From: an uncultured Spirochaetota bacterium
GTDB taxonomy: Bacteria > Spirochaetota > Spirochaetia > SZUA-6 > Fen-1364
Direction of reading: 5' to 3'
DNA: 64,000 nt
Assembly: GCA_963845535.1 (NCBI GenBank)
Contig: CAWJSK010000012.1
Span: 448,001 to 512,000 of the forward strand
The notes under the pieces were generated by a model that was given only the letters and a program-made list of their open reading frames with translations, was not told where the DNA came from and did not search any database. Below, one piece after another: positions 46,221 through 55,324 of the stretch; positions within the stretch are counted from its first letter, which is position 1, and the number at the start of each line of letters is the position of its first letter. The translations under genes and the position numbers were made by a program.

Positions 46221-48395
46221 TCATCCGGCTTTGGCCCCGGCTTCGGACCCGCCGTTGATCTCCGCCTCTATCCCCTTCACCAGGCGCTGCACGTAGGCCC
46301 CCAGATCCGGAACGTCGCTCCGAGGGACGCGGAAGCCGATTGCCCCTTCGTGCCCTCCGCCGTTGTTGATGGAGAACTTCGTCAGGAAGTTTCGAAGGTC
46401 GTATTCCTTCCACGCGCCGGACCGGCGCAGCCGGAACTGGTAGAGGGAGCTTCGCTCAGGGTTGTCAGCGTACGCCACGAAGCCGAGCTTCCCGCTTTCT
46501 TCCGCCAGCTTGTCCGCCACCGCGCGGGCAGTGGAGACCACGGTATCATCATCACTTCCGACGAACATCGGCGCTGATTGCTCCGCGTCCAGCGCCACGA
46601 ATGCGATGGACGTGCTGGAGCGCTTGTGGCTCATCATGTAGCGGAAGCACCCCGCCTCATTGTTGGAAAGCCTCTGCAGCTCGCCGAAGAGCTGGTCAGC
46701 GGTGAAGAAGTTGGTCTTCTTCGTGGTGCGTCGGGACAGCAGGTCATTGAACATGGTGCTGAACACCGTGTAGTACCTCTTCTCCCGGTGGGACTTGAGG
46801 TACTGGCCCATGTTCGAGTCCCCGATGATTCCCGTGAGGATTGCCAGAACGAGGTTGCGGGGGAAAAGCTCCGTCACCTGGTGACGGTCCAGGAGGTCCT
46901 GGCGGCCCTGGAGCTTGAGGAGGATATGCCCAACCAGCTCGCTGGCTGATGAAGCTTCCGTGACCAGCCGATACCCCTCGTCAGCGAAGTATCCGCTGTC
47001 TCCCCCCATGTGGTGGTCTATCTCGATGCGCAGCACCCCCGGATCCGCGATCACCGCCCGAAGCGCGGGGCTGGCGTCGATCATCTCGGGCTTCGGCGTG
47101 TCGCACAGCGCAACCGCCTCCACGCCGTTTGGCGCCGGATCACCGGACTTGAGAATGGGGATGGAGTTGTAGCGGCATATCTCCAGGAGGTAATGGAACC
47201 GTTCGTGCAGCTGCCCCCCGAAATAAAGGAAGACCTCCTTGTAGAACATGTGGAGGATGAGCGCGAGGGAGACCATGGAGGAGATGCAATCGTCATCCGG
47301 GCTGTGATGTCCGAGGATGAGGAAACGCTTCTTGTCCACCAGCGCCTCGATGATATTGGCGATGATGATGTTCTTCTGACGGATTCCATGGATTGGCGTC
47401 TTGGGTCCGCCCCGGCGCGGCGCGGAAGCACAGACGGCCCTGTTGCGCCCTCCCTCCTTGGCCCTGTACAGCGCGGCGTCGGCGGCGGCCCGCAATGTGG
47501 CCACCTCCGCGGCATGCTCGGGGAAGGAGGCCACTCCCATGCTGGAGGTGACCTGGGTAACGCGGCCCGTGGCGTCCTTGAGGACCTCAAGCCGGGCCAC
47601 TTCGTTGCACACGCTGCTCATGAGAGCAGTGGCCTCAGCCGAGCCGGTGTTCGGCATGATGATGACGAACTCGTCCCCTCCGTAGCGCGCTATGATCCCT
47701 TTGTCCTTGAGAATTGCGCGGAATACGGCGGAGGCGGATTTGATGGTCTCATCCCCCTTCTGGTTGCCATAGCGCTCGTTGATGGCCCGGAAGTGGTCGA
47801 GGTCAAGCATGACGAGGGAAAGCGGCGCGCCCTTTTCCCCGGCTTCCGACACGTAGCCCCCCAGGGAGTCCTCCAGGAAACGCCTGTTGTAGACGCCGGT
47901 GAGCTCATCGGTGATTGCCCGTTTGCGGGCGCTTTCCCCCCAGAGCACCATCTCGGAGACGAACTGGCTGGTGTCCCTGAGGCGTTGCGTGGTCACGTTG
48001 AGCATCCGGTACATGAGCTTCAGGGCAATCCGGGGATGCTGGGTGATGATGTCGGAGAATGCGTCCTTGGAAAGGCTGAAAACCACGCTCCGCGTGAGGG
48101 CCCGGCAGGTTGCCGAGCGGGGGGCGTTGTCGAAAATGGACATCTCGCCGAAAAAATCTCCGGGGGAGAACTGAGCTATCTGCTGCTCCGCGCCGTCCGG
48201 GATCCTGATGCTGATGGCGACTTTCCCCTCGGCCAGGATGTACAGCTCCTTGCCTGCCTCTCCCTCCCGGAAAAGGGTCTGTCCCTCCGCCAGCTCAACC
48301 GAGGCGAGATGCGTCGTCACGCGCTCGACCTCGTTATGGGAAAGAAGGGAGAACACCCCGACCTGTTCCAGGAAAGCGCGGGCAATGGCTTCCAT
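46221..48395 (-). CDS. cNMP-binding + GGDEF + DHH/DHHA1 fusion protein
   Basis: cNMP domain FFGEMS..PRSAT; GGDEF domain DELTGVYNRR, DLDHFRAIN, RYGGDEF, ADAALYRAKEGGRN; DHH domain HHSPDDD, CDTP, IDHH, GIIGDS, RLRR, GGGHEGAIG. Confidence 0.9.
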   Translation of the reverse strand: MEAIARAFLEQVGVFSLLSHNEVERVTTHLASVELAEGQTLFREGEAGKELYILAEGKVAISIRIPDGAEQQIAQFSPGDFFGEMSIFDNAPRSATCRALTRSVVFSLSKDAFSDIITQHPRIALKLMYRMLNVTTQRLRDTSQFVSEMVLWGESARKRAITDELTGVYNRRFLEDSLGGYVSEAGEKGAPLSLVMLDLDHFRAINERYGNQKGDETIKSASAVFRAILKDKGIIARYGGDEFVIIMPNTGSAEATALMSSVCNEVARLEVLKDATGRVTQVTSSMGVASFPEHAAEVATLRAAADAALYRAKEGGRNRAVCASAPRRGGPKTPIHGIRQKNIIIANIIEALVDKKRFLILGHHSPDDDCISSMVSLALILHMFYKEVFLYFGGQLHERFHYLLEICRYNSIPILKSGDPAPNGVEAVALCDTPKPEMIDASPALRAVIADPGVLRIEIDHHMGGDSGYFADEGYRLVTEASSASELVGHILLKLQGRQDLLDRHQVTELFPRNLVLAILTGIIGDSNMGQYLKSHREKRYYTVFSTMFNDLLSRRTTKKTNFFTADQLFGELQRLSNNEAGCFRYMMSHKRSSTSIAFVALDAEQSAPMFVGSDDDTVVSTARAVADKLAEESGKLGFVAYADNPERSSLYQFRLRRSGAWKEYDLRNFLTKFSINNGGGHEGAIGFRVPRSDVPDLGAYVQRLVKGIEAEINGGSEAGAKAG

Positions 48396-49387
48396 CAGGC
48401 GTTGTCTCCCAGGACGCGGTTGCCCCCGCCTTCCCGTGCCTTCATCATCCTCTGGAAGCTCGTCCCGACAAGGCTCTTGGCATCAGCGGCCGAGTCCGGC
48501 CAGGTGCACGCGCCGACGCTCGCGGGCAGGGACGTGACGGCCCCGCCGGTGACCTCGGATACATCGACCCTGCCGACGGCCGTGCGGACGCACTCCGCGA
48601 TCCGTACCGCGTCAGGAACGGGGCGTCCCGGGAGCACCGCGCAGTATTCGTCCCCACGGTAGCGCACGCCGAGGTCCCCTTCCATCAGGCAGGATTTCAG
48701 GGCTTCGGCAATCAGGACGAGCGTCCTGTCCCCGGCGTCGTGGCCGCAGGTGTCGTTGATGGTCTTGAAATTGTCAGGCTTCACCACGAGAAGGCTCACG
48801 GGACGTCCGGCCGCCATGAGCCGGGGCAGCTCCTCCTCCAGGTAAGCCCTGTTATACAGCCCGCTGAGCTTGTCCCGGAGGAGCTGCCGCTTCAGCTCCT
48901 CGATCCAGGGCGCTTTTTCGGAGACCAGCCGGTCGATGGCCCGGATGCGGCCCGCGATCTCCCCCAGGAGCTTGCGGAGGATCCGCGCGAAAACGAGCGG
49001 GTGCTTTTCCAGCAGGTCCTGGAACGGCACCTCGTCAGGGAACACGAGCAGTGTCGTGGGCTCTTCCGCGATGGCCGACGCGCTGCGCGGCGCCGTGTCC
49101 AGGAGGTCCATCTCCCCGAACACCTCCCCCGCCACGAATCGGGCTATGTCCTGCGCCTCACCGCTGCCGCCTTCCACCAGCCGGCGTATCACCACGGAGC
49201 CGTTTTTGATCAGGTACAGCTCCTGGCGGTGGCTCCCCTCGGGGAAGATCTGTTCCCCCTGCGCAAAGGACCGGTATCCGCTGTAGCGGGAGATGGTCCG
49301 CAGCTCAGCCTCGATGAGCTGTGTGAACAATCCCGCTCTGCTGAGCAGAGCCAACTTCCCCGTTCGTTTCTTTGCTTCAGGGCTCAT
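48395..49387 (-). CDS. cNMP-binding + degenerate GGDEF protein
   Basis: VFGEMD..PRSAS; DKLSGLYNR, VVKPDNFKTIND, signature altered to RYRGDEY; stop overlaps the next start (TGATG); start placed at ATG 49387. Confidence 0.85.
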   Translation of the reverse strand: MSPEAKKRTGKLALLSRAGLFTQLIEAELRTISRYSGYRSFAQGEQIFPEGSHRQELYLIKNGSVVIRRLVEGGSGEAQDIARFVAGEVFGEMDLLDTAPRSASAIAEEPTTLLVFPDEVPFQDLLEKHPLVFARILRKLLGEIAGRIRAIDRLVSEKAPWIEELKRQLLRDKLSGLYNRAYLEEELPRLMAAGRPVSLLVVKPDNFKTINDTCGHDAGDRTLVLIAEALKSCLMEGDLGVRYRGDEYCAVLPGRPVPDAVRIAECVRTAVGRVDVSEVTGGAVTSLPASVGACTWPDSAADAKSLVGTSFQRMMKAREGGGNRVLGDNA

Positions 49388-49424
49388 CGCTTGTGAAGGA
49401 AAATACCCCGAAGCGAAGGTTTCA

Positions 49425-50048
49425 TCAAGGAGAGCGAAAGTCGAAACCCACGAGCAGTGTGGCAAGGCTGTTTGACGGCGGGAATCCGAACGTCTCCCGC
49501 AGGAAGGCATCCGAAACCAGGGATGGGCTGATGGAAATGACCTCCCGCAGGCCGAGCTCGACACGCACGGGCTCAAGCTCGGGAAAAGGCAACGGCGGAA
49601 GGAGGAAGAAGCACGGCACTCGGGGCCCGCTCCTGCGCTCGGGGAACATCACGAAAGAGCCCTCCAGCGGGATGACGGACTCCGAGTACTTTCCCGCGCC
49701 GTCCGTCACCTCCTCACCCACGATCGTGTACCGCTTCCCGGCGATGGTGAGCGCGCGGCCGGCGCTCCTGGCGCCCGGCTGGTCCGCATTCACTCCGTCT
49801 TCAACCATATAGACTGTGGGGGCCGGCGGAGCGCGGAAGACAGCCGTCTTCAGCAAGGCGAAACATGCCTCCTTTTTCCCCATGAGGTCGACCCCGAGGT
49901 TCCTCACCGGCAGGGCGAGGCGCCTTTCGTGGAGCGACTCGAGCTCGACGACCTTTCGTTTCTGAGCCGCGTTCAGGGCTGCCACGCGTTCGACACCGGG
50001 AATGCTCTTGAGGACTGCGGCGACCCTGCCCAGGATATCTTCGCTCAT
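49425..50048 (-). CDS. Hypothetical protein
   Basis: Well-formed 207-aa ORF (FRAPPAPTV, IVGEEV, LPPLPFPEL, SISPS, LATLLVGFD); ATGA overlap with the upstream DMT gene. Confidence 0.7.
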   Translation of the reverse strand: MSEDILGRVAAVLKSIPGVERVAALNAAQKRKVVELESLHERRLALPVRNLGVDLMGKKEACFALLKTAVFRAPPAPTVYMVEDGVNADQPGARSAGRALTIAGKRYTIVGEEVTDGAGKYSESVIPLEGSFVMFPERRSGPRVPCFFLLPPLPFPELEPVRVELGLREVISISPSLVSDAFLRETFGFPPSNSLATLLVGFDFRSP

Positions 50049-51007
50049 CGTGCGGCGCCGCCCCGCGCCGCCCCGCCGTGCGCCGTACCGCCATCCCCCG
50101 TACCGCCTCCCGCCGCCCCGCCGTGCGCCATGCCGCGCAGGAAGGCGGGAAGTTGCGCGATCATCATCCCCGCGAAAATGAACGAGCAGCCGGCAGCGCC
50201 GCGGGCTCCGAGCCTCTCTCCCAGGAGGACGCTCCCCCCCAAAGCCGCAAAGACGCTCTCCATGGACAGGAGGATGGCGGCGTGCGCGGGCTTTGCCCTG
50301 CGCTGCGCCACCACTTGAAGAGTGTATGCGACTCCAACCGACAGGAGCCCGCCGTAAAGAATCGGTCCCGCGGCTCCTCGTATGCCCTCCAGGGACGGGC
50401 GCTCAGCGATGAGTGCCGCGCCGGCGCTCAAAGCCGCGCAGGTGGCAAACTGGATGGAGGCGAGCTTCACGGGGTTTGTCCTGGGCGAAATCCACCCGAT
50501 CAGCTGCACGTGCGCAGCCCAGAAGAAAGCCCCCAGGAGCACGAGAAGATCACCTTTCTCGATGCCGAACCTCTCGTTGAAGCTCAGCAGGAAAAGGCCG
50601 GCCACGCAGGCCAGGGCGCCCGCCCATGCGGTCCACGCGGCGCGCTGTCCCCAGAGAAGGCCCGCAAGCGGCACGAGCACGACGTAGAGCCCCGTAATGA
50701 AGCCCGCCTTGCCTGCGCTGGTGAAGACCAGGCCGATCTGCTGCAGCGAAGCACCGCCAAAGAGGATGACGCCGGCAAGGACGCCCACGGGCAGCGGGCG
50801 CAGGGACGGCGCGGCTGACGGGAAAGGAGCCCGCCTCCTGCTCACGGCAAGGACAGGCAGAAGGGAAAGGGAGCCGAGGGCGAACCGCACCGCATTGTAG
50901 GTGAACGGGCCCACGTGCTCCATGCCCATGCGCTGGGCAACGAAGGCGAGCCCCCAGATCAAGGAGGTAAGGAGGAGAAGCGAGTCGCTGGCGAAGGACC
51001 CCTTCAT
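50045..51007 (-). CDS. DMT/EamA family transporter
   Basis: IWGLAFVAQR, LQQIGL, KAGFITGLYVVLVP, AYTLQVVAQ and ILLSMESVFA; start at ATG 51007. Confidence 0.92.
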   Translation of the reverse strand: MKGSFASDSLLLLTSLIWGLAFVAQRMGMEHVGPFTYNAVRFALGSLSLLPVLAVSRRRAPFPSAAPSLRPLPVGVLAGVILFGGASLQQIGLVFTSAGKAGFITGLYVVLVPLAGLLWGQRAAWTAWAGALACVAGLFLLSFNERFGIEKGDLLVLLGAFFWAAHVQLIGWISPRTNPVKLASIQFATCAALSAGAALIAERPSLEGIRGAAGPILYGGLLSVGVAYTLQVVAQRRAKPAHAAILLSMESVFAALGGSVLLGERLGARGAAGCSFIFAGMMIAQLPAFLRGMAHGGAAGGGTGDGGTAHGGAARGGAAR

Positions 51008-51130
51008 GACGGCTACCGTAGTCCGGCGCAGGGCGATGGGACAAGGGGTCGCGCATGGCGCGGCCGCGCGCCACGCGTGGCGGCATGAGCTGTACACGAT
51101 TCCCATTAATTTCTATGATTCTTCCCGACC

Positions 51131-51934
51131 ATGAACACCGGCAAACTCGTTCGGCTCAACAGGCTCTTCTCCCACTCCTCGGGGCGGCTGTGCTCCGTGG
51201 CAATCGACCATTTCATCACCTACCAGGACGGGCTTCCGGAAGGGCTGCGTGATGTGCCCGCCACCCTGAAGGCCGTCGCGAAAGGCCGGCCGGACGCCGT
51301 GACCATGCACATCGGCTGGGCCCGCTCGGTGTGGCAGGACTATGCGGGGTCCATCCCCCTCATCCTGCAGAGCTCCCTCCTGCGCGTGGATGACGCCGAC
51401 ATGGCGCAGTCAGTGACGCCGGAAGATGCCGTCATCATGGGGGCGGATGCGTTCGCCGTCGTCTGCTTCGTCCGGGGGGCAACCGAGTTTCGCCACCTGC
51501 AGAAAGTGGCGGACTGCGTGCGCATGGCCGCGCGCTTCGAGATGCCGGTTGTCTGTCACGTGTACCCGCGCGTCGTCTCGGAAGGAAAGCAGCGCATATC
51601 GTTTGCCCCGGAGGACGTTGCGTGGGCCGTGCGCTGCGCCGCTGAGCTGGGCGTCGACGTGATCAAGGTGCCGTACTGCGGCGAGGTTGCCGCGTATCGA
51701 CAGATCGTCTCGGAGAGTCCCGTCCGCGTCGTTGCCGCCGGAGGTCCCAAGGCGGAAGACCTGCGCGCCGCGCTGTGCATGGCTTCCGACGTTGTAAAAA
51801 GCGGGGCCCGTGGCGCCGTGATCGGCCGCAACGTCTGGGGATTCGAGAATATCACCGCCTCCATCAAGGCTTTCAAAGCCGTGATCCATGACGGCGCAAA
51901 TCCCGATGACGCCCTCAGGAAAGCCGGATTATAG
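51131..51934 (+). CDS. Class I aldolase, DhnA/LsrF family
   Basis: VAIDH, HVYPR, AELGVDVIK (Schiff-base Lys), AAGGPK and IGRNVW. Confidence 0.88.
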   Translation: MNTGKLVRLNRLFSHSSGRLCSVAIDHFITYQDGLPEGLRDVPATLKAVAKGRPDAVTMHIGWARSVWQDYAGSIPLILQSSLLRVDDADMAQSVTPEDAVIMGADAFAVVCFVRGATEFRHLQKVADCVRMAARFEMPVVCHVYPRVVSEGKQRISFAPEDVAWAVRCAAELGVDVIKVPYCGEVAAYRQIVSESPVRVVAAGGPKAEDLRAALCMASDVVKSGARGAVIGRNVWGFENITASIKAFKAVIHDGANPDDALRKAGL

Positions 51935-52613
51935 CCAGGGAAGCCGCGAGCTGACCTCCCGGTTCCGCTTCCCCCACGCCAGCAAGGCCGATGAAGACGG
52001 CTTCCTGGCCGTCGGCGGAGACCTCTCTCCCGGCACGCTTCTGCTCGCCTACCGCAATGGCATTTTCCCCTGGACAACCCATCCCATCACGTGGTGGTCT
52101 CCGGATCCCCGCGCCATCATCCCGCTGGATGGAGTGCACGTGTCCCGCAGCCTTCGCAAGCTCATCCGTGGGGGCTACTTCAGGATGACGTTCGATCACG
52201 AGTTTCGCAAAGTCATGGAGGGTTGCGCCGAGCCGCGTCCGGGACGGGAAGAAACATGGATCAGCCCGCAGTTCATTTCGGCATACACCCGGCTTCATGA
52301 GCTGGGCCACGCTCACTCGGTCGAAGTCTGGCGGGGCGGCAAGCTGGCGGGAGGCCTCTACGGGGTCTCCATTGGCGGCTTCTTTGCGGGGGAATCCATG
52401 TTTTCCGCTCTCCCTGATGCCTCGAAAGTGGCTCTTGTGGCGATGGCGGAACGACTTGCCGCTTCAGGGTTCACGCTTTTCGATGTGCAGCTCATGACAC
52501 GGCACCTCGCATCCATGGGCGCGGTGGAGATACCGCGGGTGGAATACCTGCGCCGCCTGGCCGCGGCACGGGAGCTTGCCGCTGACTTCCGCGCGGAAGA
52601 TGCCCAAGCCTAG
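51888..52613 (+). CDS. aat: Leucyl/phenylalanyl-tRNA--protein transferase; start uncertain
   Basis: LAVGGDLS, AYRNGIFPW, WWSPDPR, AHSVEVW, GGLYGV, FAGESMFS and DASKVAL. Confidence 0.93.
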   Translation: MTAQIPMTPSGKPDYSQGSRELTSRFRFPHASKADEDGFLAVGGDLSPGTLLLAYRNGIFPWTTHPITWWSPDPRAIIPLDGVHVSRSLRKLIRGGYFRMTFDHEFRKVMEGCAEPRPGREETWISPQFISAYTRLHELGHAHSVEVWRGGKLAGGLYGVSIGGFFAGESMFSALPDASKVALVAMAERLAASGFTLFDVQLMTRHLASMGAVEIPRVEYLRRLAAARELAADFRAEDAQA

Positions 52614-54877
52614 TCCAACACCTCGATTGCTATGTCGTCCCCACGTGCGTCCGCGCGGGCTTTCCCGCCCGCGGCCAGGCGCCCGAAGAGGACCTCGTCC
52701 ACGAAGAAGTCCTTGATCTTGGATGACACCAGACGGGCAATTTCCCGCGCGCCGAACTCCTCCGAGTATCCCGCGCGGGCCAGCCAGTCCCGGCAGGCCG
52801 GCGTCACCTCGAGGGTCACGTTCTTCACCACAAGCTCGGCCTGGAACTGGCTGATGGCCTTGTCCACGATCTGCAGCACGACGGCGTGCTCCAGGTTGTT
52901 GAACTTCACGACGGCATCCAGGCGGTTTCTGAACTCAGGGGCAAACGTGCGCTCCACGGCGTCGAACAGCGCGTCCTCACGGACCAGCCGCTCCCCGAAG
53001 CCGACCAGAGGCTTGCCGATCTCCCGGGCGCCGGCGTTGGAGGTCATGATGAGCACGACGTTGCGGAAATCCGCCTTCTTGCCATTGTTGTCCGTGAGCG
53101 TGGCATAGTCCATGATCTGCAGGAGCATGTTGTAGATGTCCTGATGCGCCTTCTCGATCTCGTCGAGGAGAAGCACGGCGTGCGGGTTCTTGCGGATGGC
53201 ATCCGTGAGGAGGCCCCCGTCATCGTAGCCCACGTAGCCGGGAGGCGCGCCGATGAGACGGGAGACAGTGTGCTTCTCCTGGTACTCGCTCATGTCGAAC
53301 CTCAGGAGGCTCACTCCGAGGGTCTCGGCAAGCTGACGAGCCAGCTCCGTCTTTCCCACGCCGGTTGGACCTACGAACAGGAGCGAGGCAACGGGTTTGT
53401 CCCGCTCCCCAAAGCCCGCGCGGGACTTGCGGATTGCGCGTACAACGAGGTCAACGGCGTGGTCCTGTCCGAAGATCTGTGTCTTGAGGCGGACGTCGAG
53501 GTCCTTGAGGCGCATCCGCTCGCCGCTTGAGACGCTGGCGGCCGGCACGCGCGCAATGCGCGCAACCACCTGCTCTATCACTTTCGTTTCCACAGGCCGC
53601 GGGTCGGGCGCTCCCTCTTCTCCGTAGATCCGAACCCAGGCCCCCGCCTCATCCAGCACGTCGATAGCTTTGTCAGGGAGGTGGCGGTCATTGATGTACT
53701 TGGCGGAAAGCTCCGCCGCCGCTTTCACCGCTCCTTCTTCGTAGTGAACCCCGTGATAGCTTTCGTACTTGTCCTGCAGGCCGCGCAGGATCAGCTCGGT
53801 CTGTTCCACGGTGGGCTCGGGCACCTCGATCTTCTGGAACCTGCGCGAAAGCGCGCGGTCCTTGTCGAAGAACTTGCGGTAATCCTCGTACGTGGTGGAG
53901 CCAATGCAGCGCAGCTTCCCCGAGGTCAGCACCGGCTTGAGGAGGTTGGAGGCGTCCATGGAGCCGCCGGACACGGAGCCGGCGCCGACCACCGTGTGGA
54001 TCTCATCGATGAACAGTATTGCGTGTTCTTGTTTCTCCAGCTCCTTGATGACCTTCTTCAGCCTCTCCTCGAAATCCCCCCGGAACTTCGTGCCGGCAAG
54101 GAGGGCCCCGAGGTCCAGGGCATAGATGCGGGATTCCCGAAGCGCCCGCGGCACTTTTCCGTCCACGATCATCTGCGCAAGGCCTTCGGTGATGGCCGTC
54201 TTGCCCACGCCGGGTTCCCCGACGTGGATGGGGTTGTTCTTGAGCCTGCGGCTGAGGACCTGGATGGTGCGCTGCAGTATCTCTTCCCTGCCGATCAGCG
54301 GGTCAATCCCTCCCGAGCGCGCCTTTTCCGTGAGGTCAACGGTATACGCGGCAAGGGCCCGGGCCGCCCTCCTCTCCTCCCGCGTCTGCGCCTTCTCCTC
54401 GGGGTTTTCCTCCGCCTCCTCGTCTTCCTCCGCAGCGGTCCCCGCGTCCGGGAAGACAGTCACTCCGTGCGAGATGTAGGTGAGAAGGGCCAGGCGGTCG
54501 ATCCCCTGGTTGGCGAGGAAATGAGCCGCGTAGGACTCTTTCTCCTCCAGCATGGACACGAGGATCTCATCGATCTCCACGGATTCTTTTTCCGCGGAGG
54601 CGCTGTGAAGAATGGCGTTTTCCATGATGGATTGGAAACCCGCGGACTGGATGGGCTTGGAGCTCTCCACCACGGGGACCCGGGTGCGGAAATATTCCTC
54701 GAGGTCCTTTGAAAGGGAATCCACATTCCCCCCGCAGGAAATGATGATCTGGCGCCCCCGGTCGAAGAACAGGGAAGCGTACAGGACGTGCTCAGGGGTC
54801 AGGTACTCATGGTGTCGCGACTCCGCCTCGCGGTACGCGGCAAGAATGACATGGTTCAGCTCCGCGGAAATCTCCAT
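52610..54877 (-). CDS. clpA: ATP-dependent Clp protease ATP-binding subunit ClpA
   Basis: [37 protein letters not shown] and LLDEIEKAH; no ClpB/C middle coiled coil; follows clpS. Confidence 0.95.
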   Translation of the reverse strand: MEISAELNHVILAAYREAESRHHEYLTPEHVLYASLFFDRGRQIIISCGGNVDSLSKDLEEYFRTRVPVVESSKPIQSAGFQSIMENAILHSASAEKESVEIDEILVSMLEEKESYAAHFLANQGIDRLALLTYISHGVTVFPDAGTAAEEDEEAEENPEEKAQTREERRAARALAAYTVDLTEKARSGGIDPLIGREEILQRTIQVLSRRLKNNPIHVGEPGVGKTAITEGLAQMIVDGKVPRALRESRIYALDLGALLAGTKFRGDFEERLKKVIKELEKQEHAILFIDEIHTVVGAGSVSGGSMDASNLLKPVLTSGKLRCIGSTTYEDYRKFFDKDRALSRRFQKIEVPEPTVEQTELILRGLQDKYESYHGVHYEEGAVKAAAELSAKYINDRHLPDKAIDVLDEAGAWVRIYGEEGAPDPRPVETKVIEQVVARIARVPAASVSSGERMRLKDLDVRLKTQIFGQDHAVDLVVRAIRKSRAGFGERDKPVASLLFVGPTGVGKTELARQLAETLGVSLLRFDMSEYQEKHTVSRLIGAPPGYVGYDDGGLLTDAIRKNPHAVLLLDEIEKAHQDIYNMLLQIMDYATLTDNNGKKADFRNVVLIMTSNAGAREIGKPLVGFGERLVREDALFDAVERTFAPEFRNRLDAVVKFNNLEHAVVLQIVDKAISQFQAELVVKNVTLEVTPACRDWLARAGYSEEFGAREIARLVSSKIKDFFVDEVLFGRLAAGGKARADARGDDIAIEVLD

Positions 54878-55201
54878 CTATGCCTCTTCGCAGCTCGCCC
54901 GCAGGGGATACTCGCTCTGACGCGCCATCTCATGCACCTGCGAAACCTTGGTCAGCGCAATATCGTACGTATAGACTCCCACCACTCCGTGCCCCTTCTG
55001 ATGGACATCCAGCATGATTTTCGTTGCCTCCGCCGCCGGTTTGTGGAAAACGGCGACGATGACTTTCACGACGAAGTCCATAGTCGTGTAGTTGTCATTG
55101 TGCAGGAGCACACGGTACAGCTTCGGCTCCTGAAGGCGCGGTTTTTGCTGGACACCGGCATCCTCCTGGAAGACACCGGAGGGGTCTCGAGAGGCGGGCA
55201 T
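54878..55201 (-). CDS. clpS: Clp protease adaptor ClpS
   Basis: YRVLLHNDNYTTMDFVV, IMLDVH and YPLR. Confidence 0.96.
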   Translation of the reverse strand: MPASRDPSGVFQEDAGVQQKPRLQEPKLYRVLLHNDNYTTMDFVVKVIVAVFHKPAAEATKIMLDVHQKGHGVVGVYTYDIALTKVSQVHEMARQSEYPLRASCEEA

Positions 55202-55324
55202 GTATGCTGCTCCTTCCTTATATAATACTGATCCAGGCCTCTTTCTTCAACGCATCGCCGGCCATGCTCACAATCTCAATGGCAAAGCCGGATCGTTCCC
55301 ATTATAATTGGGACGGAAGCTGCC

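Noticed and set aside
14894..48662. Other long antisense ORFs (14894..16861, 26152..27948, 31064..32554, 40110..42533, 47010..48662)
   Set aside because: Each lies opposite a gene with clear family motifs and shows no recognisable domain.
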